From the NCBI GenBank assembly GCA_048941285.1, contig JBHLNS010000003.1, positions 3,914 to 67,913 of the forward strand: 64,000 nucleotides of DNA. The letters run 5' to 3'. The translations under genes and the position numbers were made by a program. This document shows positions 9,423 through 18,942 of this stretch, one piece after another. The notes beneath the pieces were generated by a model. That model saw only the letters and a list, made by a program, of their open reading frames with translations, did not search any database and was not told where the DNA came from. Within the stretch, counting starts at the first letter, position 1. Every line of letters starts with the position of its first letter. Source of the stretch: Promethearchaeota archaeon. GTDB taxonomy: Archaea; Asgardarchaeota; Lokiarchaeia; Sigyniarchaeales; SOKP01.

Positions 9423-9845
9423 TTAATATAAGATAATTAAATTAATTTTGATAAAAGACAAATAATGGGAGATATTCAAAAGATATGACCCTGGAGTAAT
9501 TTCTTGAAAGTTTTGCTTGACAAAATACCCATCATATTCTTTAATTTTAACACAAAGTTGATTTTCTATTAAAAATTCATATCTGGCAATGTTAGAATAT
9601 AATGTCAAATTTAAATTAGATGGATATTCTATATTCCGCAAATATGTCTCATCTTGATTTTCTATTACATGATTAATTCCTTGGTCAATTTCGTTAATAA
9701 AAAACATATAATCTTCTAATTCATTTCTTCCATTTTGATTAAATTCTACTATAGTCCCTAAGAAAGGAATTAATATAGAAGAAAAAATTGTAAGTGTAAA
9801 AATCCCAAAACCTAATAATAAGCTTTTTTCAATCAGATTTGTCAT
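9423..9845 (-). CDS. N-terminally membrane-anchored small protein (FlaF/FlaG-like or pilin-like accessory)
   Basis: A single N-terminal hydrophobic helix (LLLGFGIFTLTIFSSILIPFLG) followed by a beta-rich soluble domain. It sits between the ATPase and platform genes. Confidence 0.4.
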   Translation of the reverse strand: MTNLIEKSLLLGFGIFTLTIFSSILIPFLGTIVEFNQNGRNELEDYMFFINEIDQGINHVIENQDETYLRNIEYPSNLNLTLYSNIARYEFLIENQLCVKIKEYDGYFVKQNFQEITPGSYLLNISHYLSFIKINLIILY

Positions 9846-9861
9846 ATATTTGAATAACTAT

Positions 9862-12042
9862 CTATGAATTTAAACCTCGATTCTTTTTCCAAGTATTCCA
9901 AAATTGTTTTAATGCGTCAAGCGAGATTGTTGAATAGTATGAAATTCTATGAAAGAATTCAATTAATTGGAAATTATCTATTTTTTCAGATTTTAGTAAA
10001 AAATCAAAGATTTCATTATATATTTTAATTAGGTATAAGAATTTGTCCATCGTTAAATCCTCATACTTTTTTATATCTAAAAATATATTTGTTTCATTAA
10101 GAGCTTTTTTTAAGGTCCATTTATCTGTTTGAGGATTGTATTCGAAAATAGTATTGAATAGTTTGCCTTTAGATTTGTTATATTTATTTATTTCAAAAAT
10201 TCCTACGATTTTTCTTTCACTATAATTTTTTTTCATCAATATGATAATATCTAAATCATTAAGGCATGATTTATTTATTTTGAAGTGATAAAGGAAACGA
10301 TTCATAAGGGAGTTAATATTTTTGGAATGTATCGTCTGGAATCCTCTTAATCCGGCTGCTAAACATTGGAACATTGCTTCAGTTTCCTCTTTTGTAAGAA
10401 TTTCGCCCAAATATATAATATCCGGTGTTCTATGTAGAAGGGTTTTAATCTGGTTACTTTTTGAATATTTTTCTATGATCGATTCTTCTAATGAATCTAC
10501 TTTATATTTTAACTGATGTTTGCCAAATTCAATTTGGTTTAAAGATTCAGTAATATTTTCAACATAAATCTTTCTAAATTCTTTAGGGGTTAACAGATCT
10601 AAAGCATTAATTAGAGTTGTTTTTCCAGTGTCAGTTTCACCTGTGACAGTGATGTTTCTTCTACGAAGTAAATTGAAATACAAAAATGCAGCTATTAAGG
10701 GATCTATCGTCTCATTTTTTAGTAGATCTTGTATATTGAAAATATTTTTATTTAATTTTCTTATATCTAATGCAAAATTATTGATTTGAATTGGCTCAAT
10801 ATCAATAGAAAATCTGCAATAAAAATATTTATTCTTAATAACAAATTTAATTATAGGATTCTTAAAATCAAGCCTTTTTCCACTATATAATCTAATCAGT
10901 GCTTTAATACGGTCAAGTTCTTTTAAATTAAATATTATATTCGTTCGACAACGACCATAAAGTTGATGATTTATGTAAATTTGGTCCTTAGGAGAATCTA
11001 AAAATATCTCTTCTATGAAATCGTCAATTAGTAATGGAAAGAGTTTGTCTAGGTTCAGTTTCTTTATAGCTGTTAAAAACCCAATCTTTTTGCTAACAGA
11101 ATTTGAGAATTCAAATTTTGATTTTAATACTTTTAAAGATTCATTCTCATAGAATTCTATTAATTTTTCAAGTGGGACTATTTGATCAAGTTCAATAATC
11201 TCAATATTTTGACAGAGATCTTGTATTATTTTTTCAAAATAATTCTCTTGCGCGCCCCCCTTAAAGAAAAAGTCGACACTGTAACTTTTTTCAATTTCAT
11301 GTTCTGTCTCAAAAATAAGGACATTAAAAATATCAGAGCTACCGAGATAATAATTATCTAATAATTTATTATTTCTATTTAAAGCTCCGTTTCGAATTTC
11401 TTGAATATCACTTATTAGTAATGAGGATCCTGAAAAAAGATATTCATAAAAATTCTTGTTATTTTTATCTGTTTTTGTTTCTACTTTAAAATTTCTATAT
11501 TTTTGAATAATACTTAAATCATTTAATATTTTAAGAAGGAATTTTATAGAATTTTTAATTATATTATAGCATTCTTGACAAAATGGATTATTAATACTTT
11601 CTTTCTTTAGATTTACGATCTCTTTTTCATAGATATCATAAATTAAAATTGGATTGAAATATTCGATTTCTCTAATTTTGTACATAGAGGAAATGTTTGG
11701 AAAAACGTTGCATTTAAATTCCTTATAATGACACTTTTGGTTCCTAATTTTTTCAATTTTAGACTTGGTTCTTTTAATTATTTTTAAAATTTTGAAATAA
11801 TCTAAAATTAAATTAAATTGACTAGAATTAATTAAGAGGCTATTCCATAATATTGATATATAATGAAACTTTCGATTTCTATATTTAAATAAAGTCTCGA
11901 AAAAGCATTTCATACATTTTTTAGATTTAAAGAAATTGCTCTCCTTTTGGGCACAATTATAACAATCTAGAATTAAAGTTATTTCTTTTTTCCCGGTTAA
12001 ATTTTCTTTTTCTCTAAAAAAACTTGATTCTTTCAAAGACAT
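9862..12042 (-). CDS. type II/IV secretion-family ATPase (FlaI/PilB/TadA-like) with an N-terminal Cys-rich extension
   Basis: Walker A VTGETDTGKTTLINAL, an Asp/His-box region RTPDIIYLGEILTKEE...AGLRGFQTIHS, and N-terminal CYNC...CMKC plus CQEC motifs. Confidence 0.85.
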   Translation of the reverse strand: MSLKESSFFREKENLTGKKEITLILDCYNCAQKESNFFKSKKCMKCFFETLFKYRNRKFHYISILWNSLLINSSQFNLILDYFKILKIIKRTKSKIEKIRNQKCHYKEFKCNVFPNISSMYKIREIEYFNPILIYDIYEKEIVNLKKESINNPFCQECYNIIKNSIKFLLKILNDLSIIQKYRNFKVETKTDKNNKNFYEYLFSGSSLLISDIQEIRNGALNRNNKLLDNYYLGSSDIFNVLIFETEHEIEKSYSVDFFFKGGAQENYFEKIIQDLCQNIEIIELDQIVPLEKLIEFYENESLKVLKSKFEFSNSVSKKIGFLTAIKKLNLDKLFPLLIDDFIEEIFLDSPKDQIYINHQLYGRCRTNIIFNLKELDRIKALIRLYSGKRLDFKNPIIKFVIKNKYFYCRFSIDIEPIQINNFALDIRKLNKNIFNIQDLLKNETIDPLIAAFLYFNLLRRRNITVTGETDTGKTTLINALDLLTPKEFRKIYVENITESLNQIEFGKHQLKYKVDSLEESIIEKYSKSNQIKTLLHRTPDIIYLGEILTKEETEAMFQCLAAGLRGFQTIHSKNINSLMNRFLYHFKINKSCLNDLDIIILMKKNYSERKIVGIFEINKYNKSKGKLFNTIFEYNPQTDKWTLKKALNETNIFLDIKKYEDLTMDKFLYLIKIYNEIFDFLLKSEKIDNFQLIEFFHRISYYSTISLDALKQFWNTWKKNRGLNS

Positions 12043-12168
12043 TTAAATATTGTTCTTTAAAAAAAAATTTAAATATCCCTATTTTAGCTCTAAGCGATAA
12101 AATTAGATTTAAATGAAAAAATTTATTTATTTTGTAAAATTCATTTTCAAAAGTAAATGTGATAGACA

Positions 12169-13188
12169 ATGGGTCATAGGAAAAAACACGCACCAAGGCA
12201 CGGATCATTAGCATTTCTGCCCAGAAAAAGGGCTGTACAAATGAAAGGCCGAGTTCGAAATTGGATTGATGGCCTAGATGAGGTTAAATTTCTTGGTTTT
12301 GCAGGATTTAAAGCAGGTATGACTCATATTACATATATAGAAGACCAAAAAAACAGTCCATACTATGGAAAAGAGTTAATGAAGCCTGTAACCGTCATTG
12401 AAGTCCCTCCATTAATTCTCATAGGAATTAGAGTTTATAATGAAGATGAGTATGGTAAATACATTATTGCAGAATTATATACTAATGAATTTAATAATTA
12501 TTTATCACGAAAAATAAATCTACCAAATTTGGAGAAAAAAGCGAGTAAAGATACAAAAAAAGAAATATTGAAAAATTTGAATGAAACGAGTGAGATTAGA
12601 GGAATTTTTCAAACACAACCAAATAAGACGTCAATCCCTAGAAAAAAACCTGATATTATTGAAATAAAAATAAATTCAACAAATCAACCAAAAGAAGAAT
12701 TTAATTTTGCATTTAAAAACTTAGGGAAAGAAATTAAAGCTCGAGATGTTCTAACTGAAGGAGAATTAATTGACGTGATTGCTGTAACTAAAGGAAAAGG
12801 ATTCCAAGGCCCTGTGAAAAGATTTGGAGTAAAAATACTTACTCGAAAGAATAGCAAAATAAGAAGAGCTGTTGCATGTATTGGGCCTTGGCACCCTGCT
12901 AGAGTCCTCTATACCGTTCCACGAGCAGGTCAATTAGGATTTCATCAAAGAACAGAATATCATAAAAGAATAATGCAAATAGGTGAAAATGAAGAAGAAA
13001 TAAACCCCAAAGGAGGGTTTATTAGATATGGAAAGATTCGTGGAGATTATATCTTACTCTTGGGGTCCATTCCAGGGCCTAAAAAAAGATTAATTAGAAT
13101 AAGAAAAACGATAAGACCATTAAGATCTTTTGATGTAAACGCTCCGGAAATTACGTTTATAAGTCGAGAAAGTCAACAAAGAAGATAA
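12169..13188 (+). CDS. rpl3: 50S ribosomal protein uL3
   Basis: MGHRKKHAPRHGSLAFLPRKRA.., ..GKGFQGPVKRFGV.., ..GPWHPARV...PRAGQLGFHQRTE. Confidence 0.95.
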   Translation: MGHRKKHAPRHGSLAFLPRKRAVQMKGRVRNWIDGLDEVKFLGFAGFKAGMTHITYIEDQKNSPYYGKELMKPVTVIEVPPLILIGIRVYNEDEYGKYIIAELYTNEFNNYLSRKINLPNLEKKASKDTKKEILKNLNETSEIRGIFQTQPNKTSIPRKKPDIIEIKINSTNQPKEEFNFAFKNLGKEIKARDVLTEGELIDVIAVTKGKGFQGPVKRFGVKILTRKNSKIRRAVACIGPWHPARVLYTVPRAGQLGFHQRTEYHKRIMQIGENEEEINPKGGFIRYGKIRGDYILLLGSIPGPKKRLIRIRKTIRPLRSFDVNAPEITFISRESQQRR

Positions 13189-13210
13189 TTTTAATAATTC
13201 TGGTGATATT

Positions 13211-13999
13211 ATGGAAAAAATTAATGTTTATAATTTGGATGGAAAGAAAAAAGGACTTATCGATAAGCCAAAAGTATTTGATGTAAAACCTCGAGTTGAT
13301 CTCATTCAAACGGCAAGTTTGATATCGCAGAGTAAAAATAAACAAATGCAAGGAAGAGATAAAAGAGCAGGACTAAGAAATACTGCTGAGGGGTGGGGGA
13401 CAGGACATGGAATATCGCGAGCTCCTAGAATAAAAGGTAGTGGATTTGTAACAGCAAGAAATGTAGGAAGGGTACCATTCGCTAAAGGAGGTAGACAAAC
13501 ACACCCTTTAAAAACAGAAAAAAAAATTAAAAAGAAAATAAATAAACAAACAAATAAACTCTCTATAATCTCAGCAATTTCTGCTTCTGGTGATATAACT
13601 TGGGTTAAGAAAGGGGGTTGTATTATTGAAAACGTTCCCGAAATTCCTTTAGTTGTGGATGATAAAATCCAAACAATAAGAAAAACATCAGGGGTCTATT
13701 CAACCTTATGCAACCTTGGATTAAAGGAGAATCTACTTAAAATAAAGAAAAATGTAAAAATTAGGGCAGGAAAGGGTAAATCTAGAGGTCGTAAATATAA
13801 AAAAAAGAAAGGGCTTTTAATTGTAATAAAAGATGATTTTGGAATTATTAAAGCTTCAAGAAATATTCCGGGAATGGATGTTATTAAAATTGAAAATTTA
13901 TCAATTAACAATCTAGCACCTGGTGGGACATCAGGGAGATTAATACTTTGGACTCAATCGGCTATTAATGAATTACACAATTATGAGGCGTTTGTATAA
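13211..13999 (+). CDS. rpl4: 50S ribosomal protein uL4
   Basis: ..QGRDKRAGLRNTAEGWGTGHGISRAPRIKGSG...GGRQTHPLK.. It follows rpl3 directly. Confidence 0.9.
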   Translation: MEKINVYNLDGKKKGLIDKPKVFDVKPRVDLIQTASLISQSKNKQMQGRDKRAGLRNTAEGWGTGHGISRAPRIKGSGFVTARNVGRVPFAKGGRQTHPLKTEKKIKKKINKQTNKLSIISAISASGDITWVKKGGCIIENVPEIPLVVDDKIQTIRKTSGVYSTLCNLGLKENLLKIKKNVKIRAGKGKSRGRKYKKKKGLLIVIKDDFGIIKASRNIPGMDVIKIENLSINNLAPGGTSGRLILWTQSAINELHNYEAFV

Positions 14000-14263
14000 A
14001 TGGAGACGTTTTATAAAATTATTGAAAAACCATTAATTACTGAGAAAACTTTTGATTTAATTGAAAAAGAAAATAAATTAGTGTTTATAGTAAAAAGAAA
14101 AGCAAATAAAAATCAAATTAAAAAAGCCATTGAAAAGTTGCATAATGTAAAAGTAATAAAAGTCAACACGATGATTACCCCTAAAGGGGAAAAAAAAGCA
14201 TTTGTTAAACTGCATCCCGAATATTCAGCTCAAGATATTGCAATTGACTTAGGGATTTTTTAA
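14000..14263 (+). CDS. rpl23: 50S ribosomal protein uL23
   Basis: ..[59 protein letters not shown].. Its start abuts the rpl4 stop. Confidence 0.9.
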   Translation: METFYKIIEKPLITEKTFDLIEKENKLVFIVKRKANKNQIKKAIEKLHNVKVIKVNTMITPKGEKKAFVKLHPEYSAQDIAIDLGIF

Positions 14264-15381
14264 TTAATATTTCTTCTAAATTCCTTAAAATTAAAATTTT
14301 GAATTTCTTTTGCATTAATGACTTTAAGTTTCTCTATTAATTTTATAGACTTAATTTTTTGCAATTCCATATTCCCTAAATAATTTAATATTAAAATATA
14401 AATAAAATATTTAGGATGGTATTTTTCAATGATTTTATAAATGTAATTACAATCCAGTTTTTCTAATATTAAAAATAAATAACTTTGCTCAATAACAATT
14501 AAGTTTTTGCTTAATCTTATGTATTCTATTTGATTATTTAACAGATTTTCTTCAAAATTTTTATTCATTTCTAATAAATTATGAAAATCAGATGGGATAT
14601 TAGAATAAAACAAGTCAAAATAATTATTATAAAAAAAAAAAATGTTATTAATTCCCAATCTCCAGAGAAAATTAGAAAATGTCTTAATCTTAATATTTTC
14701 TCTTTTCAATAAATTAGAATGAAAAAAATTGTTAACCTTTTTCTCAATATCAGGAGGGGTGTTTACATCATCAGATTTTAAAACAAAATAAGGTGAAATT
14801 CTAATGTTATCACGATTATCCATTTTAAAATTAAATATTAAATACCCTTCCTGCCCGATATTACTGATAAGATTTAAGAAATTTGATATAAATAATTTTT
14901 TTTTTTCAATTAGATCAAAATCAATTATAAAAAAGTCTAAAACATTTGATTTATTCTCAGTCGATATTACAATAGAGTCAAGACTTTTTGTTATAGTTGG
15001 ATTAGAACTGAGATTTTGGAAAATAATTGATAAAAATCTCTCTTCTAAGACTTTTTCTCTTAAAATCTTAATTTTATTATAGTTCTCCTCTAAAGTTTGT
15101 TTTAGCATATTAAAATTTTTAATTATATTTTCTTTTTTACTCTCTTCAAAATTAAGAATTATAAGTATTCTATTTTTATCATTTGTGTCTATTTGAATAG
15201 AGTAATATTGAATTATTCTACGGATTAGCAGTTTATTTAAGACAGAATCCAATAATTTATAATTTTGACATTCTAAAATTGTAAACGCGATAATTTTGCT
15301 GTTTTCTTTTAAACTCTTGTAATAAATTAAATTATTCTCGATAAGATATGAAAAAAGTTTATATTTAGTCTTTTTTACCAT
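14260..15381 (-). CDS. hypothetical protein (373 aa)
   Basis: Long clean ORF convergent on rpl23, overlapping it by 4 nt. No family recognised. Confidence 0.5.
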   Translation of the reverse strand: MVKKTKYKLFSYLIENNLIYYKSLKENSKIIAFTILECQNYKLLDSVLNKLLIRRIIQYYSIQIDTNDKNRILIILNFEESKKENIIKNFNMLKQTLEENYNKIKILREKVLEERFLSIIFQNLSSNPTITKSLDSIVISTENKSNVLDFFIIDFDLIEKKKLFISNFLNLISNIGQEGYLIFNFKMDNRDNIRISPYFVLKSDDVNTPPDIEKKVNNFFHSNLLKRENIKIKTFSNFLWRLGINNIFFFYNNYFDLFYSNIPSDFHNLLEMNKNFEENLLNNQIEYIRLSKNLIVIEQSYLFLILEKLDCNYIYKIIEKYHPKYFIYILILNYLGNMELQKIKSIKLIEKLKVINAKEIQNFNFKEFRRNIN

Positions 15382-15565
15382 TTCATTAATATTTCTAACA
15401 AGATTTATAAAAACATAAACATTTTCTTAACAACACTATTATCTAAAATCTATAAGATTCGTGTTTATTAATAAAAAACTAAATCTAGCTTAATTATTTG
15501 ATTAAATCTTAAAAAAAGACTTAAAATCAGGCTCATTTTATAATTAATTAAATTAAACTTGAATT

Positions 15566-16840
15566 TTGGTAATAAATTTGCTAAATGATATAAAGAATTT
15601 TCTTTTTAGTTTAAATCCGGATATAATAGTTCAAGCACCTTCACGGATTAACTTAATCAATCCTTTAGATGCTGTAGAGGGGGATTTTTGGATGCCATCT
15701 GTAGCTATAAATGGGCTAAAAAACCCTCTATCTGTATTTTTATATATCAAAAAAAGTGAAGGAGATAGCCGATTAAAAGTATATAATATAAAAAAAATGA
15801 AACGCAGATATTTCTTTGAAGTAGGAAGTGAGGAAATTCTTTCAAAAAATATAAAGGATGTCAAATCTAAACTTAAAGGACAAAATAAACTGATTTATGC
15901 TAGCATTTATAGATTTTGTAAAATGAGTTCCCATTTTAAAAATTCTTTTTTAAAATCAAATATTGAAATTGGATTAATGACCACCATTCCTGAAAAAAGC
16001 GGTCTCGGTGGGAGTGCGGCTATAATAATTGCTGTGATCTTTGGATTAGCTCAATTTTTTGATTTATATAATAATATTTTAAAGTTAAAAAAAAATGAAT
16101 TCCCAATAAATAAAGATATTATAGCAGAAATGGCCACAAAAATAGAGGATGAAGATTTAAAAATTACCGCAGGGTATGGAGACAGATATGTAATAAGTAG
16201 AGGAGGTCTAAGTTTTTGTTCCTATTATGGAAAACTCTATCATAAAAACATAGCAAAAGAGCCACTAGCTATCTACGATAGAATCGATGATACATATGAA
16301 CTAAATGAGATTCCGATAATCATATGTTATTCTGGAGTGCATCATGAGAGTGGAGATGTACACCGTAAATTAAGAGAAATTTATTTGAAAAATGAACCAC
16401 TCTTTTTAAATAGTTATAAAAAGTTGGCAGAAATTGCTTGGAAATCTAGATTTGCATTAATGGGACATGATTGGCCTAAACTAGGAAAATATTTCAAAGA
16501 AAATACAAGAATTATGAACTCTTTAATGGAAGAAGCTGGATTTGAATATGGAATTGGATTAGTAAATAATATTTTAATAAAGGTAATAGAAGACCATCCA
16601 GATGTCTATGCTGCTAAATTAACAGGCGCAGGAGGAGGTGGGTCTGTTTTTGCTCTAGTTAATCCAAAGAGTATAAAAGTAATCGTAAAATATTGGCAAG
16701 ATAAGTTAAATGAATTAGTCAATGATAAAGTTATCTTTGCATCAAAATTTTCATCATATCCCATAGAGATAATGAATAAATTAAGAAGTACTCAATTTTA
16801 TCTAATAAAAATTGATAAGAATGGAGTGAAAAAGTTATAA
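15566..16840 (+). CDS. GHMP-family sugar/small-molecule kinase
   Basis: TTG start. GHMP motif II PEKSGLGGSAAIIIA and motif III KLTGAGGGGSVFAL. Substrate not assignable. Confidence 0.75.
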   Translation: MVINLLNDIKNFLFSLNPDIIVQAPSRINLINPLDAVEGDFWMPSVAINGLKNPLSVFLYIKKSEGDSRLKVYNIKKMKRRYFFEVGSEEILSKNIKDVKSKLKGQNKLIYASIYRFCKMSSHFKNSFLKSNIEIGLMTTIPEKSGLGGSAAIIIAVIFGLAQFFDLYNNILKLKKNEFPINKDIIAEMATKIEDEDLKITAGYGDRYVISRGGLSFCSYYGKLYHKNIAKEPLAIYDRIDDTYELNEIPIIICYSGVHHESGDVHRKLREIYLKNEPLFLNSYKKLAEIAWKSRFALMGHDWPKLGKYFKENTRIMNSLMEEAGFEYGIGLVNNILIKVIEDHPDVYAAKLTGAGGGGSVFALVNPKSIKVIVKYWQDKLNELVNDKVIFASKFSSYPIEIMNKLRSTQFYLIKIDKNGVKKL

Positions 16841-16882
16841 TTCATTAAAAATTATATAATTCAAATTTTTTGGAGATTTAAA

Positions 16883-17059
16883 TTGAGTAAATTCGAAAGA
16901 TATTCAAAAAAAGCTGAAATTTATATATACCCTCATAAACATTGTAAAAAATGCGGAGAAATGATCACTGAGGCTTTTACTTATTGTGATAAATGTTATA
17001 CTAGTTTAAAAGAAAAGAAAAAAAGAAGATTATTTAGAAGAAAGAGTAAAGAATCCTAA
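16883..17059 (+). CDS. small zinc-ribbon protein (58 aa, DUF2116-like), TTG start, absent from the ORF track
   Basis: My own translation gives (M)SKFERYSKKAEIYIYPHKHCKKCGEMITEAFTYCDKCYTSLKEKKKRRLFRRKSKES. A GGAG motif lies 7 nt upstream of the TTG. Confidence 0.45.
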   Translation: MSKFERYSKKAEIYIYPHKHCKKCGEMITEAFTYCDKCYTSLKEKKKRRLFRRKSKES

Positions 17060-17096
17060 TTAAATATCTGTATATTTTAAATTTCAAATTAAAAAA

Positions 17097-18803
17097 CTAG
17101 AGATTCAATCTCTCTAATAACCAATCTTTATCTAATAAAGCCAAAAAAGGGCCTAGGCGTGGACCACTTTTCTTACCTAAAATTATTTGATAAATTATTT
17201 CAAATAATTTTCTCGGAGGGATATTTACTTCATTTTTTGCTATAGAAAAAATCTTATTTTGAATTGTATTGGCATCTAAATCATCATTTTTTACAAAATA
17301 ATCTCTTAAAAGATGGACCGCTTTAATTTGATTATTATCCATTTTACCCAATATTTTTTCATCTACTTCCTTGGGAATCGTAAAAAACTCTAACTTGCTA
17401 GTTATATCTTTTTTAATTTTAGGATCTTTTTCAGTGTCCAATATTTTTTTTACTTCTTCAATCCAATTACTTGTTTGGGAAAGTAACGCGTTGAATTCTT
17501 GTATAGTTATTACATTACTGAAATTATGGTTCTTCATATAGGATTTTGTTTTTTTGTAGAGTTTCTCTAAACTTAAAATATTTTGAATTTGGGCTAGAAA
17601 TATTAGAAGCTTTAAAGGAATTCTATTTAACTTTATTTTAGGAATATCAGTTATTTGGGTTAATGGAAATATATATTTTAAAAAATTATATTCCTCATTA
17701 TCTTCAGACTTTTCTAAGTCATAATAAATATCTTCCATTCTTTCATAATAATCATAATATTGGGGAATTTCCTCAATCCTAAAAGTAATGTGTTTTAATG
17801 GATTAGTTCTTAAGATTATTGTCCTATATATTCTAGGATCAGCAATTTTTAAATAATTCTTTGGAGTAAATACGTATCCTCTAGATGTCCCCATATCTTG
17901 GTCACCTAATCTTATAAATTCATAGGGTACTTTAACAGGACCTACATAATCATATATTTTTTGGCATAATTCAATTCCTGTATCATAAGCACCTCCTTTA
18001 ACGCTATGGTCTTTACCTGCTGGTTCACATGTAGTTTTAAACAAAGCCCATTTAGCAGGCCAATCCACACGCCAATTTAGTTTTAATCTCCCACTCCAAA
18101 TAGAAATTTTTGCTTTATATCCGCATGCTTCACACTCATATGATACGGTTTCATCGTTTGGAAAATATTCTTTTATTCTATTGGGCTTAATAGATCCTTC
18201 TCTATCTCGATGTTGAATTCTATTACAATTTTCACATATAGCCATAACAGGCATCCAATCTTTCTGCATTTCAATGAATTCTGCTTTATCCTCTTCTTTC
18301 AATGTAGGAATTATGTACTTTCTTAATATTTTTTTAATTTTTTCAGTGTTTTCTAAGGCAATTTTGATTTTTTCTTGCATTTCTTTGGTTTTATATAATT
18401 CATGTGTCCAAATTATTCTAATTTTAATTCCAAAATCAGGAAATACTCCTAATAATTCATTCCCAAAATGGTGAGCATAACTCTCACATTTACAATTATC
18501 GTAAGGACATGGAATCATGGCAAAAGGCTTCCCTAGGTGTTTAGTTTGAAATTTCTTGTCGATATATGGAGGAAACCGTTTAGCTGCATCCAAACTGTCA
18601 AAAAATAATAGGTTATTAACAATTTTATTATCTTTTTCAAAAATTCTTCTTAAAGCATCACAAATTATTATTTCCCTTAATATTCCTAGATGGATGTGAC
18701 CTGAAGGAGTTTTACCTGTTGATAGAGTGATTTCATTAGGTTTACGTATATTAATTTCTTTGATAATTTCTTCAAGCCAATGAGTTGAAAAATCTTTATT
18801 CAA
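17097..18803 (-). CDS. lysK: class I lysyl-tRNA synthetase
   Basis: HWLEEIIKEI...TGKTPSGHIHLGILREI (HIGH-type motif), a Cys cluster, and about 570 aa, typical of archaeal class I LysRS. Confidence 0.9.
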   Translation of the reverse strand: MNKDFSTHWLEEIIKEINIRKPNEITLSTGKTPSGHIHLGILREIIICDALRRIFEKDNKIVNNLLFFDSLDAAKRFPPYIDKKFQTKHLGKPFAMIPCPYDNCKCESYAHHFGNELLGVFPDFGIKIRIIWTHELYKTKEMQEKIKIALENTEKIKKILRKYIIPTLKEEDKAEFIEMQKDWMPVMAICENCNRIQHRDREGSIKPNRIKEYFPNDETVSYECEACGYKAKISIWSGRLKLNWRVDWPAKWALFKTTCEPAGKDHSVKGGAYDTGIELCQKIYDYVGPVKVPYEFIRLGDQDMGTSRGYVFTPKNYLKIADPRIYRTIILRTNPLKHITFRIEEIPQYYDYYERMEDIYYDLEKSEDNEEYNFLKYIFPLTQITDIPKIKLNRIPLKLLIFLAQIQNILSLEKLYKKTKSYMKNHNFSNVITIQEFNALLSQTSNWIEEVKKILDTEKDPKIKKDITSKLEFFTIPKEVDEKILGKMDNNQIKAVHLLRDYFVKNDDLDANTIQNKIFSIAKNEVNIPPRKLFEIIYQIILGKKSGPRLGPFLALLDKDWLLERLNL

Positions 18804-18942
18804 AATCTGTTCACTAAAACACTATTTCTTTAATGAGGTAATATTTTCTATTACAAAAATTTTTCTATTATGCTTAATTGTATATTTAACGGAAATATAT
18901 CATATTTTTTATTTTTACTTTTGCTTAAAAGTGAATTTCATA

